DNA of 64,000 nt from Corallococcus interemptor. GTDB taxonomy: Bacteria > Myxococcota > Myxococcia > Myxococcales > Myxococcaceae. A model generated the notes under the pieces. That model was given only the letters and a program-made list of their open reading frames with translations, made no database searches and had not been told where the DNA came from. Shown one piece after another: positions 56,399 through 64,000 of this stretch. Location of the stretch: NCBI RefSeq assembly GCF_042231085.1, contig NZ_CP102579.1; one strand, given 5' to 3'. How positions within the stretch are numbered: the stretch's first letter is position 1; every line of letters starts with the position of its first letter. A program made the position numbers and the translations under genes.

Positions 56399-56690
56399 CC
56401 GGCCTGGGAGCCGGGCGGCCACGTGACGGGGGGTGCGCGGAAGCGTCAGGGACACCTTCGGGGGCCTGGACTTCGAGGCCGACAGCCTGGCGGACCGGGC
56501 GCGCGCCCTGCGCAGGCTCCCCCGGCCGCTCGTCTCCCTGGCGGGCCAGGGGCTGGGAGCGCTGGCCCGGGGCCTGAGGTTGGAGGACGCGGGTATCTTC
56601 GTCGAGCGAGTGGTGGAGAACCGGGCGTAGCGGGTTGTTCGCGCGTGCCGGGTAACGGTAGAAGGCCCGGAAGACGCAGGAGGGGGCTGA

Positions 56691-57389
56691 ATGGACACCC
56701 GACGGGGCCTCATCGTGTTGCTGGCCTTCAACGAAGAGGAGTGCATCGGCTCGACGGTGGCGGAGCTGCGCGAGGCGCTGCCGGAGTTCGACGTGCTCGT
56801 GGTGGACGACGGCTCGCGCGACGCCACGGCGCAGCGCGCGCGCGACTGCGGGGCGCGGGTGCTCAGCCATCCCTTCAACCTGGGCGTCGCCGCGGGCGAG
56901 GCCAGCGGCCTGCTGTTCGCGTCCCGCAACGGGTACGACCACGTCATCCGCATGGACGGCGACGGCCAGCATGACCCGGCGTCCGTGCCCGCGCTGCGCG
57001 AGGCGCTCCAGTCGGGCGTGGAGCTGGTCATCGGCAGCCGCTTCGCGGGCGTCACCAGCTTCCGCTCCACGCGGCTGCGCCGCTTCGGCAACCGGTTCCT
57101 GGCGGGCCTGCTGTCCACGCTGAGCCGCCACCGCATCACCGACCCCACCTCCGGCTTCCGGGGCTTCGGTCCGCAGGCGATCCGCTTCTTCGCGCGCGTC
57201 CACCCGCATGACTACCCGGAGCCGGAGAGCGTGCTGATGGCGGCGCGCCAGGGCTTCGCCATCGCGGAGGTGCCGGTGCGCATGCGGCCGCGCCTCACCG
57301 GCACCAGCTCGCTGACGCCGTGGAAGTCGGCCTTCTACATGGCGAAGGTGTCCTTCGCCCTGCTCATGGAGCGGGTCCGTCCCGTCTGA
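56691..57389 (+). CDS. glycosyltransferase family 2 (polyprenyl-phosphate sugar synthase-like)
   Basis: LVVDDGSRD... Confidence 0.85.
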   Translation: MDTRRGLIVLLAFNEEECIGSTVAELREALPEFDVLVVDDGSRDATAQRARDCGARVLSHPFNLGVAAGEASGLLFASRNGYDHVIRMDGDGQHDPASVPALREALQSGVELVIGSRFAGVTSFRSTRLRRFGNRFLAGLLSTLSRHRITDPTSGFRGFGPQAIRFFARVHPHDYPEPESVLMAARQGFAIAEVPVRMRPRLTGTSSLTPWKSAFYMAKVSFALLMERVRPV

Positions 57390-57805
57390 TGCCCATGCTT
57401 CGCTCCAGCCTCATCGGCGTGGCCTTCGCGGCCGTCTTCGCCTTCAGCGTCCTGTGGTCGGCCCGGGGCCGGCGCACCAGCGAGCGGCACACCTTCGCGT
57501 GGCTGCTGGTGGCGGCGGCCATCGCGGGCCTGTCGCTGTGGCGCCACGGCATCGACGCGCTGGCGGCGGCCATGGGCATCTACTACGCCCCGTCCGCCCT
57601 CTTCTTCATCGCCCTGTCGTGCCTCATGTGGCTGGTGTACCGGCTGAGCCTCCAGGTGGCGGATCAGCGCCAGCAGCTCAAGCGGTTGGCCCAGGAGGTC
57701 GCCCTGCTCACCTCCGCGGAGGCCGAGCGCGCCGCGCGCGCGCAGCCCCGTCCCGAAGCCGTCCCCCCCGCCGCCGCAGCCCGGCGCGACCCGCACGCCG
57801 CCTGA
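57389..57805 (+). CDS. DUF2304-family small membrane protein
   Basis: ATGA overlap with the GT2 stop. Three TM helices. Typical partner of GT2. Confidence 0.7.
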   Translation: MPMLRSSLIGVAFAAVFAFSVLWSARGRRTSERHTFAWLLVAAAIAGLSLWRHGIDALAAAMGIYYAPSALFFIALSCLMWLVYRLSLQVADQRQQLKRLAQEVALLTSAEAERAARAQPRPEAVPPAAAARRDPHAA

Positions 57806-57832
57806 GGGCCCACCGGGCCCCCTCCGTCCTCC

Positions 57833-59230
57833 ATGCTTCCGTCTGCTCCGTCCCCGTCCCCGCTGCGTCCGTTCTTCATCGCGCCCGTCGTGGCCTTCCT
57901 CGTCGTGGCCGCGGTGCTGGGCGCGGTGTTGAGCTTCCTCACCCCGCCGTTCCAGGTGGCGGACGAGCCGGCGCACTTCTACCGCGCGTATCAGGTCTCC
58001 GAGGGGCAGCTCACGGCCACGCGCATCCCGGTGGGTGACGCGGGCGGGCAGCTCCCGCGCAGCATCGTGCGGGTGGCGCAGGAGGTGTCCGAGGGCGTGG
58101 GCGGCAACCCCGCGGCGCGCCAGGACCGGCAGCGCCTGCGCGACGCGATGCACGCGGCGCTGGCGCCCCAGGACACCCAGGAGTGGCGCTTCGCCGCGTC
58201 CGCCATCTACTTCCCGCTGGTCTACTTCCCGCAGTCGCTGGGCATGGCGCCCGCGCGGATCCTGGAGGCGCCCCCGGTGGTGGTGCTGTGGGCGGGCCGG
58301 CTGGGCAACGTGCTGGTGGCGCTGGTGCTCACCGCGGTGGCGCTGCGCCTGATGCCCTTCCAGCGGTGGGCCTTCGCGCTGCTGGCGCTCACGCCCATGG
58401 TGCTCTTCCAGCGTGCGTCCGTGTCCGCGGACCCCATCACGATGTCGGCGTGCCTGCTGCTGGTGGCGCTGTCGCTGCACTTCACCTTCGCGCACCCGGG
58501 GCCGCTGGGCGCGAAGCACCTGGGCCTGCTGCTGGCGAGCGCGGTGTTCGTGGCGCTGTGCAAGCAGGCCTACCTGCCGCTGACGCTGGTGTTCCTGCTG
58601 CTGCCGCTCACCCGGCTGGGGACGCGCGGCCGCTATGCCCTGGCCCTGGCCGCCATCGTCGCCGTGCCCGCGCTGCTCCAGTTCGCGTGGTCCGCCACGG
58701 TGCGGGACATCTTCCGCCCCAGCGAGGTGGTGGCGCAGGTGGCCCACGTGCGCGCGCACCCCTTCCAGGTGCTGGGCGTGCTGGTGAGCGACTTCTGGAC
58801 GCGGCTGCCGGACTTCCTGCACCAGGGCGGCGGCGTGCTGGGCTGGCTGGACACGCCGGTGCCCCGCCCCGCGCTCCTCGGGCTGGCCGCGTTGCTCCTG
58901 GGGGTGATGGTGCTGGACGCCGACGGGGCCGCGCCGAAGGTGGGCTGGCGCGAGCGCGCGGTGGCCCTGGGGGTGGCGGTGGCGGGCGTGCTGGCCATCC
59001 AGGCCATGCTGTACCTGGCGTGGACGGCGCCGGGCGCGAACCACGTGGACGGGGTGCAGGGCCGCTACCTGTTGCCCTACACGCCGCTGCTGGTGGTGGC
59101 GCTGGCCCCGCCCACCTGGGCACCGCGCGCGCTGACGCGCCTCAAGCCGGTGCTCATCGCCGGCTTCATCCTGCTCACCACGGTGGTGACGCTCACCACC
59201 GTGTACCAGCGCTACTACGGCCCGGCGTAG
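57833..59230 (+). CDS. DUF2142-family polytopic membrane protein (putative glycosyl/arabinosyl transferase-like)
   Basis: More than 10 TM helices. Located after GT2-DUF2304. Confidence 0.7.
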   Translation: MLPSAPSPSPLRPFFIAPVVAFLVVAAVLGAVLSFLTPPFQVADEPAHFYRAYQVSEGQLTATRIPVGDAGGQLPRSIVRVAQEVSEGVGGNPAARQDRQRLRDAMHAALAPQDTQEWRFAASAIYFPLVYFPQSLGMAPARILEAPPVVVLWAGRLGNVLVALVLTAVALRLMPFQRWAFALLALTPMVLFQRASVSADPITMSACLLLVALSLHFTFAHPGPLGAKHLGLLLASAVFVALCKQAYLPLTLVFLLLPLTRLGTRGRYALALAAIVAVPALLQFAWSATVRDIFRPSEVVAQVAHVRAHPFQVLGVLVSDFWTRLPDFLHQGGGVLGWLDTPVPRPALLGLAALLLGVMVLDADGAAPKVGWRERAVALGVAVAGVLAIQAMLYLAWTAPGANHVDGVQGRYLLPYTPLLVVALAPPTWAPRALTRLKPVLIAGFILLTTVVTLTTVYQRYYGPA

Positions 59231-59234
59231 GCGC

Positions 59235-60107
59235 TCAGGACCGGGGCTTCGTCGCTTCCAGGACCCACACCACCTCCAGACACGGCGGATCCAGGAAGGC
59301 CAGCTTGACGTCGAAGGGCAGGCCCAACTGGTTGCGGGCCGCGGAGAACAGCTCGGACATCTCGTTGAAGGTCCACACGTGGAAGTGGATGTTCGTGCGG
59401 TTCTGGAGGAAGTCCTCCGTCAGGCGGGCCAGCTCCTCGCCCTCCTTCCGGTCGATGAGGCGCAGCCACTCGTCGTAGTGGGCGCGCCGGGAGACCTCCG
59501 GCCCCTTCAGGTGGTCCTCCACGACGTGCGCCGCGGAGGTGAGCTCCCGGGGCAGGTCGAAGGTGAAGCGCTTGTCCGGGATGGCCATGAAGAGGATGCC
59601 TCCGGGGCGCAGGACCCGGAGGAAGTTCTTCAGCGTGCCAATGGGGTCTTCGCAGTGCTCCAGGACGTGGTTGGCGATGACGAAGTCCTGGGAGTCCGGC
59701 GCCACCGTGCCCAGCTCCTCGCCGTTGTCCACGATGTCCGGCGTGACGATGCGGTCGGCCACCTCCGGGAAGCGGGCGCGCAGCACGTCGATGGGCGCCA
59801 CGTCCACATAGCGGACCCGGACCCCGGCGGGCACCTTCGTGGGATTGGACAGGGCTCCGATCTCCAGGCCCTCGCCGCGCAGGTACTGGGCCGCGATGAG
59901 CTCCCGGGTGATGGGCGGAAGCGCGGGGGCCGGCGGTGGCGGCGCCTCGACGACCGGCGGTGACGGCTCCACGGGGGCCGGCGGCGACCAGCGAGACCGG
60001 AGCGACGCCAACTGGTTCTCCGTGCGCAGCAGCCCCGTCTGGAGCTGTGCGCGCACGGCGGTCTTGATCGCGGGAGGAATCAGGGCCTTGAGCTGGGACA
60101 AGGGCAT
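59235..60107 (-). CDS. class I SAM-dependent methyltransferase
   Basis: Start trimmed to MPLSQLK (cat 60105-60107). ...EGLEIGALSN...FVIANHVLEH... Confidence 0.8.
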   Translation of the reverse strand: MPLSQLKALIPPAIKTAVRAQLQTGLLRTENQLASLRSRWSPPAPVEPSPPVVEAPPPPAPALPPITRELIAAQYLRGEGLEIGALSNPTKVPAGVRVRYVDVAPIDVLRARFPEVADRIVTPDIVDNGEELGTVAPDSQDFVIANHVLEHCEDPIGTLKNFLRVLRPGGILFMAIPDKRFTFDLPRELTSAAHVVEDHLKGPEVSRRAHYDEWLRLIDRKEGEELARLTEDFLQNRTNIHFHVWTFNEMSELFSAARNQLGLPFDVKLAFLDPPCLEVVWVLEATKPRS

Positions 60108-60124
60108 GGAGCGTCTCCGGGGGT

Positions 60125-63100
60125 TCAACGGTGGGGCACCGCGGCGCTGGCGTCCTGGCGGGGCGTGCTCCGGGCGGGAGGATTCACCAGGCCGGACAGG
60201 AGCGCGTGGAGCTCCCGGGCCTGGGTCTCGTAGTCGCGCACCGGGGTGCGCTGGGCGTTCGGGTCGCGCGCGATGCGCTCCGGGTGGGCCACCAGGTCGC
60301 GCAGCACGCGGCGGAAGCCGTCGGCGTCCGACATGTCCACGACGTTGCCGTTGACGCCCTCCACGATGTCCTCGCTGACGCCGCCCGACGCCGTGGTGAC
60401 CACCCACACGTTCCGGGCCATGGCCTCGCGCACGGTCAGCCCGAAGCTCTCCTTGCACTGCGAGGGCATCAGCAGCACGTCCACTCCGTCGAAGAAGGCG
60501 TCCATCCCGTCCTGATCATACGGAGGCACCACCTCCACCTGGCCCTTCACCTTCCATTCCTTCGCGTCGATGGAGGCCGACCCCATGCGCAACTGGATGT
60601 CGGTCATCTTCAGGACCCAGCCGGACTCCGGCACCGACTCCAGGATGTCCTTGAGCCAGAAGTACCCCTTGTGCCCCGCGCGGCCGCCCAGGTAGGCGAA
60701 GCGGACGGGGGCGTTCGCGGGGCGCGGGGCGCGCGCGCGGCCAGGCAGCAGCACGCCGTTCTTGTTCACGACGATGCGCTCCGGCGCGACGCCGTTGGCG
60801 ATGTAGAGCTGGCGCTGGAACTCGCTGGGCGCCAGCAGCAGGGCCGCGCCGTCCAGCACCTTGCGCAGGGCGAACGTGCGCTTGAAGGTGTAGCGCGAGT
60901 CCGGCACGCACTTGGTGCACACGCGCAGGTCGATGCCCTTCTGGCCGCAGTACGTGGAGTCCTCGCGGACCATGAACTGGCGCTCGCACAGCCACCACGC
61001 GTCATGCACGGTGATGGTGTACGGGATGCCCTCCGCGGCGCACGCCGTGGCGAGCGCGGAGCTCAGGAGCTGGATGGAGTGGAAGTGCACCACGTCCGGG
61101 CGCACGGCCTTGAGCACCTGGGTGAAGGTCTCCCCCATGCGCGGGTTCTGGTACTCCTGGGCGCGGTCGGTGAGGGACGGCACCTGGGTGGCGATGACCG
61201 GCAGGCCCAGCGCCTCGTAGCGCACCACCGAATAGGCGGGCAGCGGCGAGTTCATGATGCCGGTGAACACGGTGACGTCGCAGCCCTCCGCCTTCAACTG
61301 GTGCGCCAGTTGCTCCGTGACGACGGTCGCCCCGCCGAAGCTCAGGGGCGCGAAGAGGATGTTGGCCTCCAGGACCTTCAGGCGCGGCGGCGGCGCGGGC
61401 GGCAGGTGCTGGAGGATGGGCTGCAGCCGCTCCGTGGCCACGACCGCCGGATGGTAGCGCGACAGCACGCTGCGGTGCGCCTCCTCGCCCATGCGCTTGC
61501 GCAGCGACGCGTCCTGCACCAGCGCGGAGAGCGCGGACTCCCACTCCTCACGGGTGGTGGCGATGAAGCCGTTGCGGCCGTGGTCGATGATCTCCCGGAA
61601 CGGCCCGGAGCCGGAGCACACCGCGGGCACGCGGAAGATGGACGCCTCGATGAACTTGATGTTGCTCTTGGCGTCGTTGAAGACCGTCTGCTCCAGCGGC
61701 GCGATGGAGATCTGCCAGGACGCGAGCGCGCGCAGGTAGTCGTCCGCGTCCAGGAACGGGATGCGGAAGACGCGGTCGGAGAAGCGCGAGAAGCCCTCCG
61801 GCAGCTCCAGGAAGCCGTGGATGGCCAGGCGCACGTTCGGATGGCGCTCCATCACCGCGAGGATGGCGTCGGAGGCGATGGTGAAGTCCGCGTCGTGCGT
61901 GCGCGTTCCGCTGCCGTAGCCGATGGTGACCGTGTCCGGGTCCACCGCGGGCGGGCGCGCTTCCATCTCCCGGGCCAGCTCCAGGATGCCGTCGTCCAGG
62001 CAGTTCTCGACGACGTAGACCTTGCCGGAGATGACGCGGGACATCTGCTCCGCGATGGTGGGCGTGCTGGCGATGGCGTGCTCACACAGGCTGAGCGCCT
62101 TGCGGTAGAGCTTCGCGCCGTTGAGCAGCAGCTCGCGCTCGTTCGCGGGCAGCCGCTGCACGTTGGTGTTCCGCTGGTACTCCTCCACGTCGAAGATGAG
62201 GTCGTCGACGTCGAAGAAGTGCGGGAGGCCCAGGCGCTTGGTCTCCGCCAGCAGCTCCTCCACGCCGGGGAAGGCGGGCACCCGGTAGTAGATGACCAGG
62301 CCGTGGAACTGGAGCGCGGCCTTGCACTCCTCGTGGTCGTTCCAGCGCAGGACGGTGACGTCGTACCCGAGCCGGTGGAACATGGCGACCTTCTGATCCA
62401 CGCGGTAGCGCTTGCACTGGGGCAGCGACAGCTCCGCGATGATCAGGATGCGCCGGCCCAGGCTGGCCTGGGAGACGTGCGTGAGCGGCGCGGTCCACGG
62501 CGCCGGGCGCGCGGGCGGCGCGCTCGGGGCCTCGACCAAGGCGGCGGTGGGGGGGACGGGGGCGGCCGGCGTGAGGGCGGCCTTCGCGGCGCGCAGGGCC
62601 TGGAGGGCGCCCTTCTTCGCGGGCAGCTTGATCAGCTTCGCGCCCACCTTGTGCAGCGTGCCCTTGCTCTTCTGGTAGAGGTGGCCGCGCTTCGTGCCGG
62701 GGGGCAGCACGCGCTCGCGCATGGCCCAGTAGCGGTTGATGGCCTTCCAGGCGAGGCTGCCGTTGATGTGCGCCAACTGCGAGCCCTGGGTCGCCACATG
62801 CGCGTCCAGTTCGTAGATGCGGGCGTTCTTGCGGCCCAGCTCCTCCTGGAGCATCCGCTGGGCCAGGCCCATCCGCGCGAGCCGGCCTTCGAACTCGCGA
62901 AGGGTGCTCGCGGTGTCGCGCGCCGCTTCGCGGGCGGCGTCCAGCTCCGCCTGGAGCTGCTGCGCCTGACGCGCGTGGTCCGCGGCCTGCTGCTCCTTCT
63001 GGCCGTAGGCGTCGCGCAGGTGCTGCCGGTGCAGCAGGAGCGTCAGGCGCCCGCCGAGCGTGGCGAAGGCCTGCCGCACGTGTTCGCGCTCCGCGTCCCG

Positions 63101-63835
63101 GGTGCTCGTCAGGGCCAACAGCCCCTCCGGCTGCTCCGGGCCCACCGCGAGCACGCCCAGACCGAAGCCGTGCTCGAACTCGAAGGAGGGATGCTGGCCC
63201 CGCAGCTCCTCCCACAGCCGCCAGACGCCGAAGTCGCGCTCGTGCACGTGGGTGTCGTGGAAGAGGACGACGCCGCGCGCGCTCAGCTTGGGGCGCCAGC
63301 GCTCGAAGTCCGCCTTCACCTGCGCGTACTCGTGGCAGCCGTCGATGTGGAGCAGGTCGATGGAGCCGTCCTCGAACTGGCCCAGGGCCTGGTCGAAGGT
63401 CATCTGGTGGAGATGGGAGAACCGGCTGTAGAGCGGGTCGTGGTGCGCGCGCAGGTCCGCGAGGACGTCCGGCCCGTAGAAGCCCGCGTGCGGGTCGCCC
63501 TGCCAGGTGTCCACCGCGTGGCAGCGCGTCTCCAGCTTCAGCGCGTCCACCGCCTGGCAGAACGCGGAGTAGGACACGCCGGTGTGCGTTCCCAGCTCCA
63601 CCAGCGTCGCGGGACGCAGCAGGTCCACCAGGAACATCGCGAACGGGACGTGCTCCACCCAGGCGGAGGACTCCAGCAGGCGCAGGGGCTGCGTGAGGCA
63701 GAGGGGATGTTCCAGGGGATTGAGCTGTGGATGCATGTTCGTGGCGTCCGGAAGGCAGACCCTCGCGGCAGGCAAGGCACGCCCCCCCTCTCCTTGGCGG
63801 ATGTCCTCCATGTCATCCCCCCCTGAGAGCGTCAA
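60125..63835 (-). CDS. trifunctional fusion: class I SAM methyltransferase (TylF/CmcI-like) - coiled coil - two GT1/GT4-like glycosyltransferase modules (start uncertain: 63835, 63811 or 63736)
   Basis: ...[20 protein letters not shown]...HAVDTWQGD...[10 protein letters not shown]... Then two Rossmann GT-B halves with ...[19 protein letters not shown]... Confidence 0.85.
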   Translation of the reverse strand: MTLSGGDDMEDIRQGEGGRALPAARVCLPDATNMHPQLNPLEHPLCLTQPLRLLESSAWVEHVPFAMFLVDLLRPATLVELGTHTGVSYSAFCQAVDALKLETRCHAVDTWQGDPHAGFYGPDVLADLRAHHDPLYSRFSHLHQMTFDQALGQFEDGSIDLLHIDGCHEYAQVKADFERWRPKLSARGVVLFHDTHVHERDFGVWRLWEELRGQHPSFEFEHGFGLGVLAVGPEQPEGLLALTSTRDAEREHVRQAFATLGGRLTLLLHRQHLRDAYGQKEQQAADHARQAQQLQAELDAAREAARDTASTLREFEGRLARMGLAQRMLQEELGRKNARIYELDAHVATQGSQLAHINGSLAWKAINRYWAMRERVLPPGTKRGHLYQKSKGTLHKVGAKLIKLPAKKGALQALRAAKAALTPAAPVPPTAALVEAPSAPPARPAPWTAPLTHVSQASLGRRILIIAELSLPQCKRYRVDQKVAMFHRLGYDVTVLRWNDHEECKAALQFHGLVIYYRVPAFPGVEELLAETKRLGLPHFFDVDDLIFDVEEYQRNTNVQRLPANERELLLNGAKLYRKALSLCEHAIASTPTIAEQMSRVISGKVYVVENCLDDGILELAREMEARPPAVDPDTVTIGYGSGTRTHDADFTIASDAILAVMERHPNVRLAIHGFLELPEGFSRFSDRVFRIPFLDADDYLRALASWQISIAPLEQTVFNDAKSNIKFIEASIFRVPAVCSGSGPFREIIDHGRNGFIATTREEWESALSALVQDASLRKRMGEEAHRSVLSRYHPAVVATERLQPILQHLPPAPPPRLKVLEANILFAPLSFGGATVVTEQLAHQLKAEGCDVTVFTGIMNSPLPAYSVVRYEALGLPVIATQVPSLTDRAQEYQNPRMGETFTQVLKAVRPDVVHFHSIQLLSSALATACAAEGIPYTITVHDAWWLCERQFMVREDSTYCGQKGIDLRVCTKCVPDSRYTFKRTFALRKVLDGAALLLAPSEFQRQLYIANGVAPERIVVNKNGVLLPGRARAPRPANAPVRFAYLGGRAGHKGYFWLKDILESVPESGWVLKMTDIQLRMGSASIDAKEWKVKGQVEVVPPYDQDGMDAFFDGVDVLLMPSQCKESFGLTVREAMARNVWVVTTASGGVSEDIVEGVNGNVVDMSDADGFRRVLRDLVAHPERIARDPNAQRTPVRDYETQARELHALLSGLVNPPARSTPRQDASAAVPHR

Positions 63836-64000
63836 GGCTGGCAGGCCGCCCGCTCCTCATGGAGGGAAGCGCGTTCGCTGTTCTTTTCTACGGTGTCTGG
63901 ACGAAGCCGAGCCGCGGATGCCCCGTGGGGTCGGGCCGTCCCGAGCGGGCCCACGCTTCACGGAGCCGGTCGGCATCGTGGGAAGCCGCAGGTACGCCCT

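Noticed and set aside
56433-56630. 65-aa ORF in the 290-nt gap before the GT2 gene
   Set aside because: It is short, has no RBS or motif, and its composition resembles the surrounding non-coding GC-rich DNA. It could be a leader peptide but there is no supporting evidence.

Overview
This is a high-GC (about 70 %) chromosomal segment that looks myxobacterial. Three things point to Myxococcota: a MYXO-CTERM sorting tag, a DUF2378/TIGR02265 'Myxococcus paralogous family' gene, and many Ser/Thr-kinase and lipoprotein genes. Many ORFs in the supplied six-frame track are antisense or N-terminally extended 'shadow' ORFs typical of GC-rich DNA; I kept only frames with recognisable motifs, tight operon spacing or signal/lipobox features.

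The window is laid out as follows:
- 1-9633 (minus strand): a partial DExH helicase followed by an 11-gene, tightly coupled operon. It contains six paralogs of an unrecognised ~170-200 aa protein family, one split by an OmpA-like insertion and two or three carrying PASTA-like C-termini. It also encodes a charged coiled-coil protein with a Met-rich tail, a TPR-like protein and a repeat protein.
- 9.9-23 kb: housekeeping and regulatory genes. These are a DUF4142 lipoprotein, an STPK, a Pat-like acetyltransferase, NmrA/LysR, DUF2378, MnmD, and a small lower-GC islet.
- 23-35 kb: a Kelch/HYR/MYXO-CTERM lipoprotein, an OmpA-TSP3 protein with an 87-bp tandem repeat, HAD, Maa, a transglutaminase-like gene, a GIY-YIG nuclease, tgt and an ABC-F gene.
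- 35.0-44.2 kb: a four-gene operon that resembles a phage-defence island but matches no named system I recognise. It encodes a DUF4011-SF1 helicase-Vsr/REase-like giant protein, a TM-coiled-coil-DUF4041-T5orf172 protein, a SIR2-TM-extracytoplasmic protein and a Cys-rich lipoprotein. GC drops visibly over the last two genes.
- 44-50 kb: a probably frameshifted pentapeptide-repeat gene, a serine hydrolase, GST/HxlR, a paralog of the Cys-rich lipoprotein, and a CXXCH lipoprotein.
- 50.7-63.8 kb: a polysaccharide locus. It holds rfbBDAC, a GT1 gene, a GT2-DUF2304-DUF2142 triad, a methyltransferase and a 1236-aa MT-GT-GT fusion.

I found no tRNA, rRNA, CRISPR array or transposase.
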